Position numbers and translations under genes: made by a program. Below are positions 20,543 through 31,483 of a stretch of DNA of 64,000 nucleotides, in pieces (positions within the stretch are counted from its first letter, which is position 1; the number at the start of each line of letters is the position of its first letter). The DNA is from Opitutales bacterium (GTDB lineage Bacteria; Verrucomicrobiota; Verrucomicrobiia; Opitutales; PNEW01), in contig CBDANS010000006.1 in the NCBI GenBank assembly GCA_965197745.1, forward strand, positions 192,001-256,000, in the 5' to 3' direction. Under the pieces are notes generated by a model, which was not told the DNA's origin, ran no database searches, and was given only the letters and a program-made list of their open reading frames with translations.

Positions 20543-21889
20543 ATGTTTGAGGTAGAGGAAAAACCAAAATTAGTAGAACTCGCTTTTCTTGTTGGTGTGG
20601 AATATCCGGGTGACAAACCCAGCGATACGGAATCATTGCTTGATGAACTTCGGGATCTTGTAGAAACCCTTCAAATTAATGTCGGGGGAAGAGAAGTTGT
20701 ACGGATAAAAAAACCCAAAAACAAATTCCTTCTCGGAACGGGTAAAACCGAGGAAATAATTAACCTCGCTAAAAAATCGGGGTGCGACTGCATAATTTTC
20801 GATGTGGAGCTATCTCCCGGTCAACAGCGTAACTGGGAGCGCGAGAGCAAAATCTGCGTAATCGATCGCCAGGAAGTCATTCTCGATATTTTCGCTGAAC
20901 GCGCTCAAACAAAGGATGCGGTTCTGCAGGTGGAACTCGCGCGCATGGAATATTCTCTTCCACGATTAAAACGCGCCTGGACCCATCTCAGCAGACAGCG
21001 AGGGGGCGGTGTCACTCAGCGTGGTGAAGGTGAAGCGCAACTGGAACTCGACCAGCGCATGGTACGCACCCGCATCGCGCATTTAAAGCGTGAGCTTACC
21101 AATGTAGTCAGGCACCGGACTCTGCAGCGCAAACGCAGGCAGAAAGTGCCGGTGCCCACTGCGGCTATTGTCGGTTACACCAACGCGGGGAAGTCATCTC
21201 TTTTAAATCGTTTGACCGGAGCTTCCGTTTTGGTTGAAGACAAACTTTTTGCCACTCTTGACCCGACCACCCGATACCTTGTTCTTCCTTCCGGGCAGAA
21301 ATTACTGTTGACCGATACTGTCGGATTTGTCCAAAAATTGCCTCACCATCTTGTCGACGCATTTAAAGCCACTCTTGAAGAAGCGGTGGTATCCGATTTT
21401 CTTATCCACGTAATCGACATCACCAGTTCCCAGAAAGTGCAGCATCGGGATACAACCTTGAGTGTTCTTAAGGAACTGGGCGCTGATGAAAAAAAGATTA
21501 TAACCGTCTATAATAAAATTGATCTTCAGCCCTCTGAGCAGGATAGAGCCATAATACCTAAGTCAGGCCCTAACACCTGTTGTCTCAGCGCACATACGGG
21601 AGCGGGAATAGAAAATCTTATCAACCGCATGGAAGGATTACTCGAAGACGGTATTACACCCATGGCGCTTATCATCCCGCACCAGCGGTATGACCTTGTT
21701 TCACAACTTCATAAATGTGGTGCCGTGAAAAAAGAATATTCACGCGAGGATGGTGTTTTTATTCAAGGGAATATTCCCCGTCAAATGCTCAAACAATTTA
21801 AACCCTACAGCATACGGGCGTACAACGGTTCATTCACCCATGTGAATGGAGAGAATATCGATATCGAGGATAAATCTCGAAAATTATAA
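20543..21889 (+). CDS. hflX: GTPase HflX
   Basis: LQVELARMEYSLPRL, VGYTNAGKSSL, KLFATLDPTTR, TDTVGF, NKID. Confidence 0.96.
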   Translation: MFEVEEKPKLVELAFLVGVEYPGDKPSDTESLLDELRDLVETLQINVGGREVVRIKKPKNKFLLGTGKTEEIINLAKKSGCDCIIFDVELSPGQQRNWERESKICVIDRQEVILDIFAERAQTKDAVLQVELARMEYSLPRLKRAWTHLSRQRGGGVTQRGEGEAQLELDQRMVRTRIAHLKRELTNVVRHRTLQRKRRQKVPVPTAAIVGYTNAGKSSLLNRLTGASVLVEDKLFATLDPTTRYLVLPSGQKLLLTDTVGFVQKLPHHLVDAFKATLEEAVVSDFLIHVIDITSSQKVQHRDTTLSVLKELGADEKKIITVYNKIDLQPSEQDRAIIPKSGPNTCCLSAHTGAGIENLINRMEGLLEDGITPMALIIPHQRYDLVSQLHKCGAVKKEYSREDGVFIQGNIPRQMLKQFKPYSIRAYNGSFTHVNGENIDIEDKSRKL

Positions 21890-21965
21890 CGGTATTAAGA
21901 TAGGCGCAATGCTTTGTCTTGGTTTTCGGCCCTGAGTAAATTTCAATTTAATTTGTTTGTTTTAA

Positions 21966-22715
21966 GGACGAAGACGAAGAGTCTTCTTATTATAAAATAA
22001 TCCTTCTTTCTGGAGGGCCACGCGTTGTCGTGGCCGTGAATAGGTATGGGCTATCTATTGCAGATTATTGGACGAAGAGATAGATGTAGACGAAGACGAA
22101 GAGTAATTACGTATTATGATAATCCCCTATCTTCGTCTTGGTCCTCGTCTTCGTCCACGTTGAAGGGGATTAAGGTTTGGGCGATCTTCCACAATTATAT
22201 AATGTATCTATGAATTAATTGATTGCTCGATATGAGAACGGCCACGACGACGCGTGGCCCTCCGGAGATTAGGATGGAAGCGGGAAAGGGTGAATGCGTA
22301 GAAGCGATCATGTGTGAATATATATAAGCGAGAATGCTTGGATTAAATAACGGGAGGGCCACGCGTTGTCGTGGCCGCGAAATAGGGATGGGCTATCTAT
22401 TACAGATTATTAGACGAAAAGATAGACGTGGACGAAGACGAAGAGTAATTACCTATTAAGATAATCCCCTATCTTCGTCTTGGTCTTCGTCTTCGTCATA
22501 ATTTGCATGGGATTAAGGTAAGGGCGATTTTTGACATTTATTATGTGTATCTCAGTGTCTATTGATTGCTCGATCCGATAACGGACGCGACGGAGCGCGT
22601 CCCTCCCAATTTACCCTCTTTCCGGAGGGCCACGCGTTGTCGTGGCCGCGAAAAAGTTATGGGCTATCGGCTAAGATTATTGGACGAAGAGATAGACCAA
22701 GACGTAGACGAAGAG
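21966..22715. repeat. Composite REP/BIME-like array (about 2.5 units)
   Basis: GGAGGGCCACGCGTTGTCGTGGCCG at 22012, 22353 and 22624, with inverted partners at 22239-22263 and 22582-22606. They enclose inverted GACGAAGACGAAGAG / CTTCGTCTT(C/G)GTC blocks. Confidence 0.85.
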
Positions 22716-22746
22716 TTGTCTAATTCTTATAAAACTTTACGTGTGC

Positions 22747-23136
22747 TTAAATAAGCTCCCCCGAAAATGGGGGAATATCTGCGCCTTCATAATCGGGCAT
22801 TGTATGTTCGGCAACGACAACGGTTCGAATGCCTCCTCTACCCTTCCAGATTGACTCCACGCGCATCCAACGCGGTTGGCAGGCACTTAGCAGATCGTCC
22901 AAAATTTTATTGGTTAAAGCCTCATAGAATATACCTTCTGAACGATATTCCTGAAGATATAATTTATAGGCTTTTAATTCGATACATTGTTTATCCGGAA
23001 TATAGGTAAGGACAATCGACCCAAAGTCCGGATTCCCGGTTAAGGGGCATAATGAGGTAAACTCCGAAGCAACATGACGAATGGTGTAATCCCGATTCGG
23101 ATAAGCATTTTCAAATGTTTCTATTTTAGCTGCCAT
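22747..23136 (-). CDS. queF: 7-cyano-7-deazaguanine reductase (short type)
   Basis: EFTSLCPLTGNPDFG, ELKAYKLYL, RGGI. Start placed at ATG 23136. Confidence 0.92.
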   Translation of the reverse strand: MAAKIETFENAYPNRDYTIRHVASEFTSLCPLTGNPDFGSIVLTYIPDKQCIELKAYKLYLQEYRSEGIFYEALTNKILDDLLSACQPRWMRVESIWKGRGGIRTVVVAEHTMPDYEGADIPPFSGELI

Positions 23137-23140
23137 TTTA

Positions 23141-23821
23141 CTAATAACTATTCTCAATCTTACCCCCCAGTGGAGCAGGTGGCTTGGCGTTTGGATCCAT
23201 GATGTCCACATTATATAATTTGTGCATTTGATAACCCGCGCGAAAGGGACTGCCGTACTTTTTTATGGTCATTGAGATACTCTTGAGAACTTCAGCGTTA
23301 TTCCGTTGTGTCCACTCCGGATTAAGCCAGACATGCTCGGTATTGATGAAATCACTTATTTCATCCATCCATCGCTCAATTGTGGTCTCATCTTCAACGA
23401 TAATTTTAATCTCATCTGCCTTTTCAATGTTCTCTTTGAGTGGCATCTTCCACCATTTCGGACTGACGGTAATCCAGGCAAAATCACCTTTAATTTCATA
23501 CCCACCGCTGGTCTCCAAATGAGAATCGAGCCCGGCTTTATTTAAGGCCGCAGTCAGTGGTTTTAAATTATGTATTGCCGGTTCTCCGCCGGTGATAAGA
23601 ACAAACTCGCAGGGGTACTGTTGCGCTTTTTCCACCAGTTCTTGCGGTGAGAATTTGTCGACTTTTTCCGGTACGTAATCCGGGTGCCATGTTCCCGCGG
23701 AATCACACCAGGGACATTTTACCGGGCACCCGAAAGTTCTAATAAAGTAGGCGGCTTTTCCGACGTGAAATCCCTCACCCTGCCAGGTATAAAAACATTC
23801 GTGAATCGGCAGTAATTTCAT
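23141..23821 (-). CDS. queE: 7-carboxy-7-deazaguanine synthase (radical SAM)
   Basis: FYTWQGEG, CPVKCPWCD, ITGGEP, HLETSG, WITVSPK. Confidence 0.92.
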   Translation of the reverse strand: MKLLPIHECFYTWQGEGFHVGKAAYFIRTFGCPVKCPWCDSAGTWHPDYVPEKVDKFSPQELVEKAQQYPCEFVLITGGEPAIHNLKPLTAALNKAGLDSHLETSGGYEIKGDFAWITVSPKWWKMPLKENIEKADEIKIIVEDETTIERWMDEISDFINTEHVWLNPEWTQRNNAEVLKSISMTIKKYGSPFRAGYQMHKLYNVDIMDPNAKPPAPLGGKIENSY

Positions 23822-23832
23822 CCTTAAATTAA

Positions 23833-24540
23833 TTAAGATACCCGTTTCCAACTATTATTAACCATTTCGCCTACCGAAGGCGCTGATGACTCATAGGATG
23901 TTGGATCACTAATCCCGGCGAGGTAAAAAGCTTCCCGTCTTTCAATGCAAGTGCCGCAACGTCCACAGTGGTGTTCCCCTCCTATATAACAGGACCAGGT
24001 CTTTTCAAAAGGCACTTTAAGTTTTGCTCCCAGTTTTATAATGTCCGCCTTGCTCATGTCTACAAAAGGACGATGAAGCGACACGCAATGCCAGTCAGCC
24101 AGTTGAATGGTCTTGTCTAAGGCTTGCGCGAATTCTTCGCGGCAATCGGGATATATAGCATGATCACCTCCGTGCGCGGCATAAGATACGTTGTCGTATT
24201 TATGAGAAATGGCCCATCCTACGGCAACGGACAGCATAATCATGTTACGATTGGGAACTATGGTTTGTTTCATGCAATCCTCCTCGTAGTGCCCTTCGGG
24301 GACAGCGAGTTCGGGTGAGGTAAGACTACTGCCGGCAAGCAAATGAGTAATCCCTCTCAAATCCGCAACTTCATGCTCCACACCTGCATTATGAGCGATG
24401 TCTTTGGCACAATCGATTTCTATACAATGGCGCTGTCCGTAATCAACGGACAGGGCTTTAACGTCATGCCCTTCGTCTAACAAATGATAGAGCAAGGTTG
24501 TAGAATCTATCCCTCCGGAATAAATCAGCACTGTCTGCAT
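23833..24540 (-). CDS. queC: 7-cyano-7-deazaguanine synthase
   Basis: [37 protein letters not shown]. Confidence 0.96.
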   Translation of the reverse strand: MQTVLIYSGGIDSTTLLYHLLDEGHDVKALSVDYGQRHCIEIDCAKDIAHNAGVEHEVADLRGITHLLAGSSLTSPELAVPEGHYEEDCMKQTIVPNRNMIMLSVAVGWAISHKYDNVSYAAHGGDHAIYPDCREEFAQALDKTIQLADWHCVSLHRPFVDMSKADIIKLGAKLKVPFEKTWSCYIGGEHHCGRCGTCIERREAFYLAGISDPTSYESSAPSVGEMVNNSWKRVS

Positions 24541-24662
24541 AGCTTAAAATAAAGTATTTTTACTTTAGTTATATTTTAATAAATCTTTACACAGGGCCCC
24601 ATAAGTTGTCAATGAGCGCGCTTATGTATTGGATCATCGTTATAGATTTGCCCCAATATTTT

Positions 24663-27600
24663 CTAATTATTCTTCAGGTTATTAAAATATTTGATTTTCA
24701 ATTCAGCGATTGAACAGTAGAGAACAGGGACAACTAAAACGGTAATGATCGCCAGGATCATGCCACCGAATGTCGGAATGGCCATGGGCACAATAACATC
24801 TGATCCTCTCCCTGTTGATGTAAGTACAGGAAGAAGTGCTAAAATGGTAGTTCCCGCCGTCATCATCGCTGGCCGGATTCTTCTCACCCCGGCGAAGACC
24901 GTGGCTTTTCTTACCGCTTCAATATCGCCGGGTTTATTTTCTTCAAAAACCTGCTGAAGATAAGTCCCTATAATTACCCCATCGTCCGTGGCGATGCCAA
25001 AGAGAGCGAGAAAGCCTACCCAGACCGCAACGCTTAGATTAATCGGATGAATCTGGAAAAGTTCCCGCATACCCGTCCCAAAAAGTGAAAAGTTGAGAAA
25101 CCAATCCTGGTTATAGAGCCAGATCATGATAAAACCACCCGACCACGCCACGATGATGCCTGAGAAAACCATGAGCGTTGTCGCAACGGTCTTAAACCGA
25201 AAGTAGATAATTAGAAAAATTGCCAATAGGGCTATGGGTAATATCAGCCGCAGTTTTTTTTCCGCTCTTACCTGGTTCTCATAACTCCCGGTAAATTTAT
25301 AACTCGCACCCGGGGGAATGAAAAGTTCACCTGAAATTCTTTTCTCATCGAGGTAAGTACGAGCTTGTTCAACGACGTCTACTTCAGCAAAGCCCGGTTT
25401 TTTATCGAAAATTACGTAGCCAACAAGAAAATTATCTTCACTTTTAATCACCTGTGGGCCGCGCAAATAATGAATACTTGCCAGTTGCCCGAGGGGGATC
25501 TGCGCACCAGTCGCAGCGGGCACCAGAATTTTCGTAATACTCTCTATATCATCGCGTAATTCACGCAGATAACGTATGCGAATAGGATACCGTTCACGCC
25601 CTTCCACCGAAGTCGTTATTTTCTTTCCCCCAATAGCCACCTCAATAACATCCTGCACCTGGCGAATGCTCATTCCATAGCGGGCAATAGCCTCGCGATC
25701 GATCTGGATCTCGAGGTATGGTTTTCCGACGACACGATCCGCAAAAACGGTGGCAGGTTCAATAGAGGGAACGTTATGGAGCAGTTTTTCTATATCAAAA
25801 CCGATTTTCTCAAGCGTTTGCAAATCCTGACCGTAGATCTTGAGACCCATAGGGGCTCGCATACCGCTTTGGAGCATAACTATGCGTGCGGCAATAGGTT
25901 GGAGCTTTGATGCTGATGTTGTCCCCGGCACGGCAGAGACTTTCACAATTTCATTCCAAATGTCATCCGCTGATTTAATTTCATCACGCCACTGTCTGAA
26001 GGGCCTGCCATTTCTATCCTCGATAAGTTCACCCTTAGCATTGCGCATATAGGTTCGCGTTTTATTGTCGTATTTAAATTTCAGCCATCTCCCATCATCA
26101 CCAACAATATATTCAGGTTTATAGTTTACAACCGTCTCCACCATGGAAATCGGAGCGGGATCGAGGGAGCTTTCAACCCGACCTATTTTCCCCACGACAC
26201 TGTCGATTTCAGGAATTGAGCGTATGGCCATATCCTGGATTTGAAGGACATCGAGAGATTCACCCAGAGAAGCGTGGGGCATGGTCATTGGCATAAAAAG
26301 GTAAGACCCTTCATCAAGAGGAGGCATGAACTCTTTTCCCAACCCAGGGAAGGTATGCTGCACTGCAATCCAGGGTTTAGTATTTTTTATAAATCCAGGG
26401 GTAAATCCAAAAACGGTTCCAAAACCCAGCCAGATAATTCCACCGCAAAGGACAATACTCACTACGAGCAGAAGAAATGCGCTCTTATAATTAAGAATAT
26501 ACTGAAGGATGAGGGCATAACTCCTTATAAAGAGATAGAATAATCCCAGGAGCACGCTGATTATGAGGATGACAAAAAAAACGTTGAGGACTCCTTTTTC
26601 TGGACCGAGCGGCGACCAGAAAAAGGCGAGATAAACTGAAACGATAAGCGCGATTACATAATTTAATCCCTGTGACAGGGCCCCATGAAATTTTTCAGGT
26701 ATATAATCCTCTGCCAGGTTAAGAACGCCAATGACAATACAGATTCCACCAGACCACCAGGGCATCATCTGAATAAAAATGGGCAAGATAAATCCGAGAA
26801 GAATGAGCCCTGAATAAAAACTTTTTTTCAACCAATCCGAACGCAATCGTCCAGACATAAGTGAATGGGCAAGAGGAGGAATAATGGTCAGGGCAATAAT
26901 AATTGAAGCGATAAGGGCAAATGTTTTGGTATAAGCCAAAGGTTTAAAAAGTTTTCCTTCCGCTCCTTCCATCGCAAAGACCGGTAAGAAGCTGACCACC
27001 GTAGTGAGCACCGCGGTCATTATTGCTCCCCCTACTTCCGAGCTAGCCCTGAAAATGACTTCTAACCGGTTTTCATCAGGTTCGGCACGGTCCAAATTTT
27101 TTAGAATATTTTCACTCATTACGATACCCATATCGACAATCGATCCAATGGCGATAGCGATACCGGACAAGGCAACGACATTGGCATCTACTCCAAAAAG
27201 TTTCATGCCGATGAAAGTGAAGAGCACCGCAATCGGCAATACCACGGAAATCATGAATGAACTGCGTAAATGCATAATCATGACCACGACCACGATAATG
27301 GTAATTAGTATCTGCTGGCTGACCGCTGTTTCCAAAGTGCCCAGAGTCTCATTGATTAGACCAGTGCGATCATAGAAAGGGACAATTACCAGTTTACTGA
27401 CAGTTCCATCGGCCAGAACTTTTTCGGGAAGGCCATGAGAGATCGATTGAATTTTTTCTTTTATACGTTTGATAACAGCCAGGGGATTTTCCCCAAAACG
27501 AATCACGGCAACACCGCCAACGGCTTCCACCCCTTCCTTGTCAAGAACCCCACGCCGAATGGCAGGACCCAGTCCAATCTCTGCGATCTGTTCAAGCGTT

Positions 27601-28448
27601 ATGGGAACATTATCATATACTTTAACTACGGTTTTACGCAGGTCATCAATTCCTTTCACAAACCCCAAACCCCGTATGACATATTCAACTTTATTCAGTT
27701 CAAGGGTGCGCGCTCCAACATCGATGTTGGAACTGCGAACAGCATGGTAGACCTGGCCCAGGGTAACACCGTGTGCGCGCATCGCGTTGGGATCGACATC
27801 GATCTGATACTCCTTGACAAAACCTCCAATAGAAGCCACCTCCGCTACACCGTCCACACCTTGCAGGCCATAGCGAACATACCAGTCCTGAACACTACGC
27901 CGTTCCTGTAAGTCCCAACCTCCAGCGGGATTACCCTTTTCATCGCGACCTTCAAGGGTATACCAGAAGACCTGTCCTAATGCTGTTGCATCGGGTCCAA
28001 GCGTCGGTTGCACACCTTCGGGTAGCATGCCTGCTGGAAGGCTGTTTAATTTTTCCAGAATACGACTGCGTGTCCAATAATACTCTGCCCGTTCCCGGAA
28101 TATGATATAGACAGTGGAAAATCCAAAGTTGGAGAAGCTGCGAATGGTCTTAACTTCCGGCAATCCGAGAAGAGCGGTAGTAAGGGGATAAGTAATCTGG
28201 TCTTCCACATCTTGAGGTGAGCGCCCATGCCATTCAGTATAGACAATCTGTTGATTTTCACCGATGTCAGGTATGGCATCTACGGGGACTGGAGAGCGGA
28301 TTAATCCGGGTATATCCCAATCAAAAGGTGCTACCAGGATTCCCCAGGCAATCAGAAACAAGGTAGCGAGAAAGACGACCAGCTTATTTTCCAGACAGTA
28401 ACGTATTATCCTGTTTACAGGTGACAGTGGTTTTTCTCCATTTGCCAT
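24663..28448 (-). CDS. cusA: CusA/CzcA-family heavy-metal RND efflux permease
   Basis: DAIPDIGENQQIVYTEW.GRSPQDVEDQITYPL, LGPDATALG, EFMPPLDEG, RRIRPAMMT. Confidence 0.92.
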   Translation of the reverse strand: MANGEKPLSPVNRIIRYCLENKLVVFLATLFLIAWGILVAPFDWDIPGLIRSPVPVDAIPDIGENQQIVYTEWHGRSPQDVEDQITYPLTTALLGLPEVKTIRSFSNFGFSTVYIIFRERAEYYWTRSRILEKLNSLPAGMLPEGVQPTLGPDATALGQVFWYTLEGRDEKGNPAGGWDLQERRSVQDWYVRYGLQGVDGVAEVASIGGFVKEYQIDVDPNAMRAHGVTLGQVYHAVRSSNIDVGARTLELNKVEYVIRGLGFVKGIDDLRKTVVKVYDNVPITLEQIAEIGLGPAIRRGVLDKEGVEAVGGVAVIRFGENPLAVIKRIKEKIQSISHGLPEKVLADGTVSKLVIVPFYDRTGLINETLGTLETAVSQQILITIIVVVVMIMHLRSSFMISVVLPIAVLFTFIGMKLFGVDANVVALSGIAIAIGSIVDMGIVMSENILKNLDRAEPDENRLEVIFRASSEVGGAIMTAVLTTVVSFLPVFAMEGAEGKLFKPLAYTKTFALIASIIIALTIIPPLAHSLMSGRLRSDWLKKSFYSGLILLGFILPIFIQMMPWWSGGICIVIGVLNLAEDYIPEKFHGALSQGLNYVIALIVSVYLAFFWSPLGPEKGVLNVFFVILIISVLLGLFYLFIRSYALILQYILNYKSAFLLLVVSIVLCGGIIWLGFGTVFGFTPGFIKNTKPWIAVQHTFPGLGKEFMPPLDEGSYLFMPMTMPHASLGESLDVLQIQDMAIRSIPEIDSVVGKIGRVESSLDPAPISMVETVVNYKPEYIVGDDGRWLKFKYDNKTRTYMRNAKGELIEDRNGRPFRQWRDEIKSADDIWNEIVKVSAVPGTTSASKLQPIAARIVMLQSGMRAPMGLKIYGQDLQTLEKIGFDIEKLLHNVPSIEPATVFADRVVGKPYLEIQIDREAIARYGMSIRQVQDVIEVAIGGKKITTSVEGRERYPIRIRYLRELRDDIESITKILVPAATGAQIPLGQLASIHYLRGPQVIKSEDNFLVGYVIFDKKPGFAEVDVVEQARTYLDEKRISGELFIPPGASYKFTGSYENQVRAEKKLRLILPIALLAIFLIIYFRFKTVATTLMVFSGIIVAWSGGFIMIWLYNQDWFLNFSLFGTGMRELFQIHPINLSVAVWVGFLALFGIATDDGVIIGTYLQQVFEENKPGDIEAVRKATVFAGVRRIRPAMMTAGTTILALLPVLTSTGRGSDVIVPMAIPTFGGMILAIITVLVVPVLYCSIAELKIKYFNNLKNN

Positions 28449-28508
28449 AATGATGCCTTACCCCAGTTAGTTTTGATTACGGTTTGTCTTTAAGTTCGAG
28501 TGATCACT

Positions 28509-29969
28509 TCAGTGGTCGTGACCCGGCATGGGACTCCCGCCTTCAGGATTCATCATGCTCGTTTTGGCTTGGATCTGCAGGGCACTGTCAATTTTGAAGT
28601 TACCGTTAACAACGACACGTTCTCCTGCCATAAGCCCTTCTTTTACGATGAATACATCATCCGCCCGTGACCCGAGAGTAATTTCACGTCCCTCATAAGT
28701 TGGTTTATCCAGGTCCGGTAACTCTACATAAACAATGGCCCGTTTGCCGGTTCGCAGAACAGCTTGTGTGGGCACGACAAGGGGAGCCGTGACATTCTCT
28801 TTTGCTTCAATATAGCCGAGCGCTTCAGCTCTAACGAGAGGCATCCCACATATGTCGCAATTGCCCGGCCCCTCTTTTACAATTTCCGGATGCATGGGAC
28901 CTATCCATTTATTGGCAAGATCCATACTTACGACCTTACCCCCATCAGCAATACTTGAATTGACAGAGGCGCGAACAAACATTCCGGGTTTTAGTCGACC
29001 ATCTTCATTTGTAACATTAACCCTTACTTTGATAGTACGCGTATCACGATCCATCACGGGATTGATAAAAGCAATTATGCCATGAAAAGTTTCCCCCGGA
29101 TAGGCCTCAACCTCGAACTCAACTTTCTGGCCATACCGAATCCATGCAATGTCAGACTCATAAGCGTCGAGGAAAACCCAGAGCTTAGCCAGGTCGGCAA
29201 TTTTAAAGAAACCTGTTCCCGTTTGCAGGTAATCCCCTTCTTTGACATTTTTTTCTATGACAATACCCTCCAGGGGTGCATTGATCTGAACTTGATCAGA
29301 TGCATTACCACGCTCTTCTATTTCTATAATTTGTTGCGCTGATAATCCCCAAAGTCTCAATTTCTCACGGGCCACTTGAGTTGACGCTCCCTCGGGATCA
29401 TATTTTAGTGCGGCGAGCAGCTCACTTTGTGCCGTTAACAGTTCCGGGCTGTAAACAAGAGCAAGATGGTCCCCAATATTAACGCTAATCCCTTCATAAT
29501 CTACATAAAGCCGGTCAACCCGGGCCGGAAAGCGAGCGGTGATTGATCTTAATCGGGATTCATCATATTCAATCATGCCGACCATACTGATTTTCGCTGT
29601 AGGGTAACGTCTCTCAACCGCTATGGTTTCAATTCTAGCTAATTTTTTTGCGGCTCCGGATAAAGTAAGGGTACTGAGAATTTCTTCAGAATCATCAGCG
29701 GTCGTAACGGGAATTAATTCCATTCCACAGATAGGACAGTTTCCAGGATTGGGCTGACTAATTTGCGGGTGCATCGCACAGGACCATGTCGTTTCGGCTT
29801 TCGCGACTTCATGCTTAGCCGTTTCATCATGGAGGTGGGTAGTTTCAATTACATCATCGTGTTCATCAGACAACCGACCCATGATATAGCCTCCTATGAC
29901 AAGAGCTATTATGGCCCCTGTCTTCCAATAGATGCTTTTCTCTCTTAAAAATAGTTTATTAATTTTCAT
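28509..29969 (-). CDS. cusB: CusB-family RND periplasmic adaptor with heavy-metal-binding domains
   Basis: CAMHPQI..PGNCPICGMEL and PMHPEI..GNCDICGMPL domains, YSPELLTAQ, LKPGMFV. Confidence 0.9.
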   Translation of the reverse strand: MKINKLFLREKSIYWKTGAIIALVIGGYIMGRLSDEHDDVIETTHLHDETAKHEVAKAETTWSCAMHPQISQPNPGNCPICGMELIPVTTADDSEEILSTLTLSGAAKKLARIETIAVERRYPTAKISMVGMIEYDESRLRSITARFPARVDRLYVDYEGISVNIGDHLALVYSPELLTAQSELLAALKYDPEGASTQVAREKLRLWGLSAQQIIEIEERGNASDQVQINAPLEGIVIEKNVKEGDYLQTGTGFFKIADLAKLWVFLDAYESDIAWIRYGQKVEFEVEAYPGETFHGIIAFINPVMDRDTRTIKVRVNVTNEDGRLKPGMFVRASVNSSIADGGKVVSMDLANKWIGPMHPEIVKEGPGNCDICGMPLVRAEALGYIEAKENVTAPLVVPTQAVLRTGKRAIVYVELPDLDKPTYEGREITLGSRADDVFIVKEGLMAGERVVVNGNFKIDSALQIQAKTSMMNPEGGSPMPGHDH

Positions 29970-31348
29970 TGAATTTCTCCTCCATAAATAGCTTCCATAC
30001 GCGCCAGGTTTTGTTGATAGTCAGCTACCGCTCTCCAGTAGGTAGTTTCCAGTTCCAGGAGTGTCCGCTGGCTGTCGATATAATCAAGGATCGAGGCTTG
30101 TCCCGACTGATAGGCGGTCTCGGTAACGGCAATCGCCTGTCGCGCTGTAGGCAACAAGGTTTCAGAAAATATCTCAGCCCTATTCCTTGCTTCTATCGAT
30201 CTTTGAAAGAATGCCGTAAACGCTGCCTCAATTTGATTCTGTTTTTGTATGCTTGTTGACTCCAGGAATCGCTTCTCATTCAAAGCTTCATTTTGAGCGG
30301 CACGATTTTTTGCCCACCATAAGGGAATATTAAAAGAAAAGGTAACTGACCAGGGATCTTCACCGCTTCCTAAAGTCGTGGGACTCAAGGCCGTGCCTGT
30401 ATTAATATAATTAAACCCAACGGTGATATCAGGAAATCGCTGAAGCTCGGCGACACGCTTACGACTTTCCTGTGCATTAATACGCTCTTGAATGCTTTGC
30501 AGTTCAGGATTATTTTTCTCAATATTTTCAGTATGGCTTCCCTCTAAAAGCGGGTGAAATTCGACCTTACTTAATTCTGGCCAAGGTAGTATAACATTGT
30601 AATCACGGTTAATCAGGGCGTTTAACCGCGCACTGATTATGGGCTGCAGCTGCTGCAAACTATTAAGATAGTCTTCGAGGCGGCCGATTTCAACCTGAAG
30701 TCGCAGCAACTGATTAAGCCCACCCCCAGCCTTAACTTTTTCCTGAACAACGGGCTCTACCTTTTTTAGAAGTTTAAGGTTTTCCCCCGTAAGTTTAGTA
30801 GCTTTACCGAGGTGGGCATATTCATAATATTCTACTTTTATGTCTCTTTCAACAGCCAGTTTCCTGGCCTCAAAGAGAGACCATAGTGCTTCCGCTTCTC
30901 CCTGGGCCGCTTCTTTTTTGTGATGCAGTTTTCCCAACCAGGGTATAGTCTGGGATAGAGCCAGTTGGTTTTCTTGCGGTCCTGTGCGCGTCTGCACTTC
31001 TTCGACAGCTTGAGAAATATTCAGCCGCGGGTCGGGTAGCGCTTTTGCCAGAGTGACTCTTTCAACCGCCGCCCGGTAGCGCTCGTAGGCCGCTTTGAGA
31101 TCCGGATTATTTATTAATGCCAGGGAAATGTAATCTTCTAATAATGGTTCACCGGGTAATTTTGGAATGACATCTGGAAAATCAACCGTACGGTTATCGT
31201 CACTTGAATTAATTGACGCATCTGCCCCAAGAGGTCCGAAAATACCCATTACCAGGAGTAAACCGGGAGCCATGAGAGAAGTATTCACCCTGTGAATTTC
31301 GTATATATTTAAAGACAATAATAATTTTAGGAATTTAATAAAATGCAT
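29966..31348 (-). CDS. TolC-family outer-membrane efflux protein (CusC-like)
   Basis: ALINNPDLKAA, LPDPRL, QTIPWLGKL, AYQSGQASILDYIDSQR; located directly upstream of cusB. True start may be downstream. Confidence 0.88.
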   Translation of the reverse strand: MHFIKFLKLLLSLNIYEIHRVNTSLMAPGLLLVMGIFGPLGADASINSSDDNRTVDFPDVIPKLPGEPLLEDYISLALINNPDLKAAYERYRAAVERVTLAKALPDPRLNISQAVEEVQTRTGPQENQLALSQTIPWLGKLHHKKEAAQGEAEALWSLFEARKLAVERDIKVEYYEYAHLGKATKLTGENLKLLKKVEPVVQEKVKAGGGLNQLLRLQVEIGRLEDYLNSLQQLQPIISARLNALINRDYNVILPWPELSKVEFHPLLEGSHTENIEKNNPELQSIQERINAQESRKRVAELQRFPDITVGFNYINTGTALSPTTLGSGEDPWSVTFSFNIPLWWAKNRAAQNEALNEKRFLESTSIQKQNQIEAAFTAFFQRSIEARNRAEIFSETLLPTARQAIAVTETAYQSGQASILDYIDSQRTLLELETTYWRAVADYQQNLARMEAIYGGEIQ

Positions 31349-31483
31349 GTTTAATTTTACCGGGCTGAAAACAGGTATGAGACACCTGTTTAGTTAATTA
31401 TTGAGATAGAGATGTACCCAAACCGCCGCTGAGGACATTAAGTTCACAGCAAGACGGCTTTAATTATTCAACACCCGGTAATA

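Noticed and set aside
21966..22715. Possible CRISPR array
   Set aside because: Repeats occur in both orientations, the intervening sequences are homologous and 200+ bp long, and there are no cas genes.
22747..24540. queCEF as part of a 7-deazaguanine DNA-modification (dpd) island
   Set aside because: No dpdA/tgt-like gene is nearby, and queF points to ordinary tRNA queuosine synthesis.
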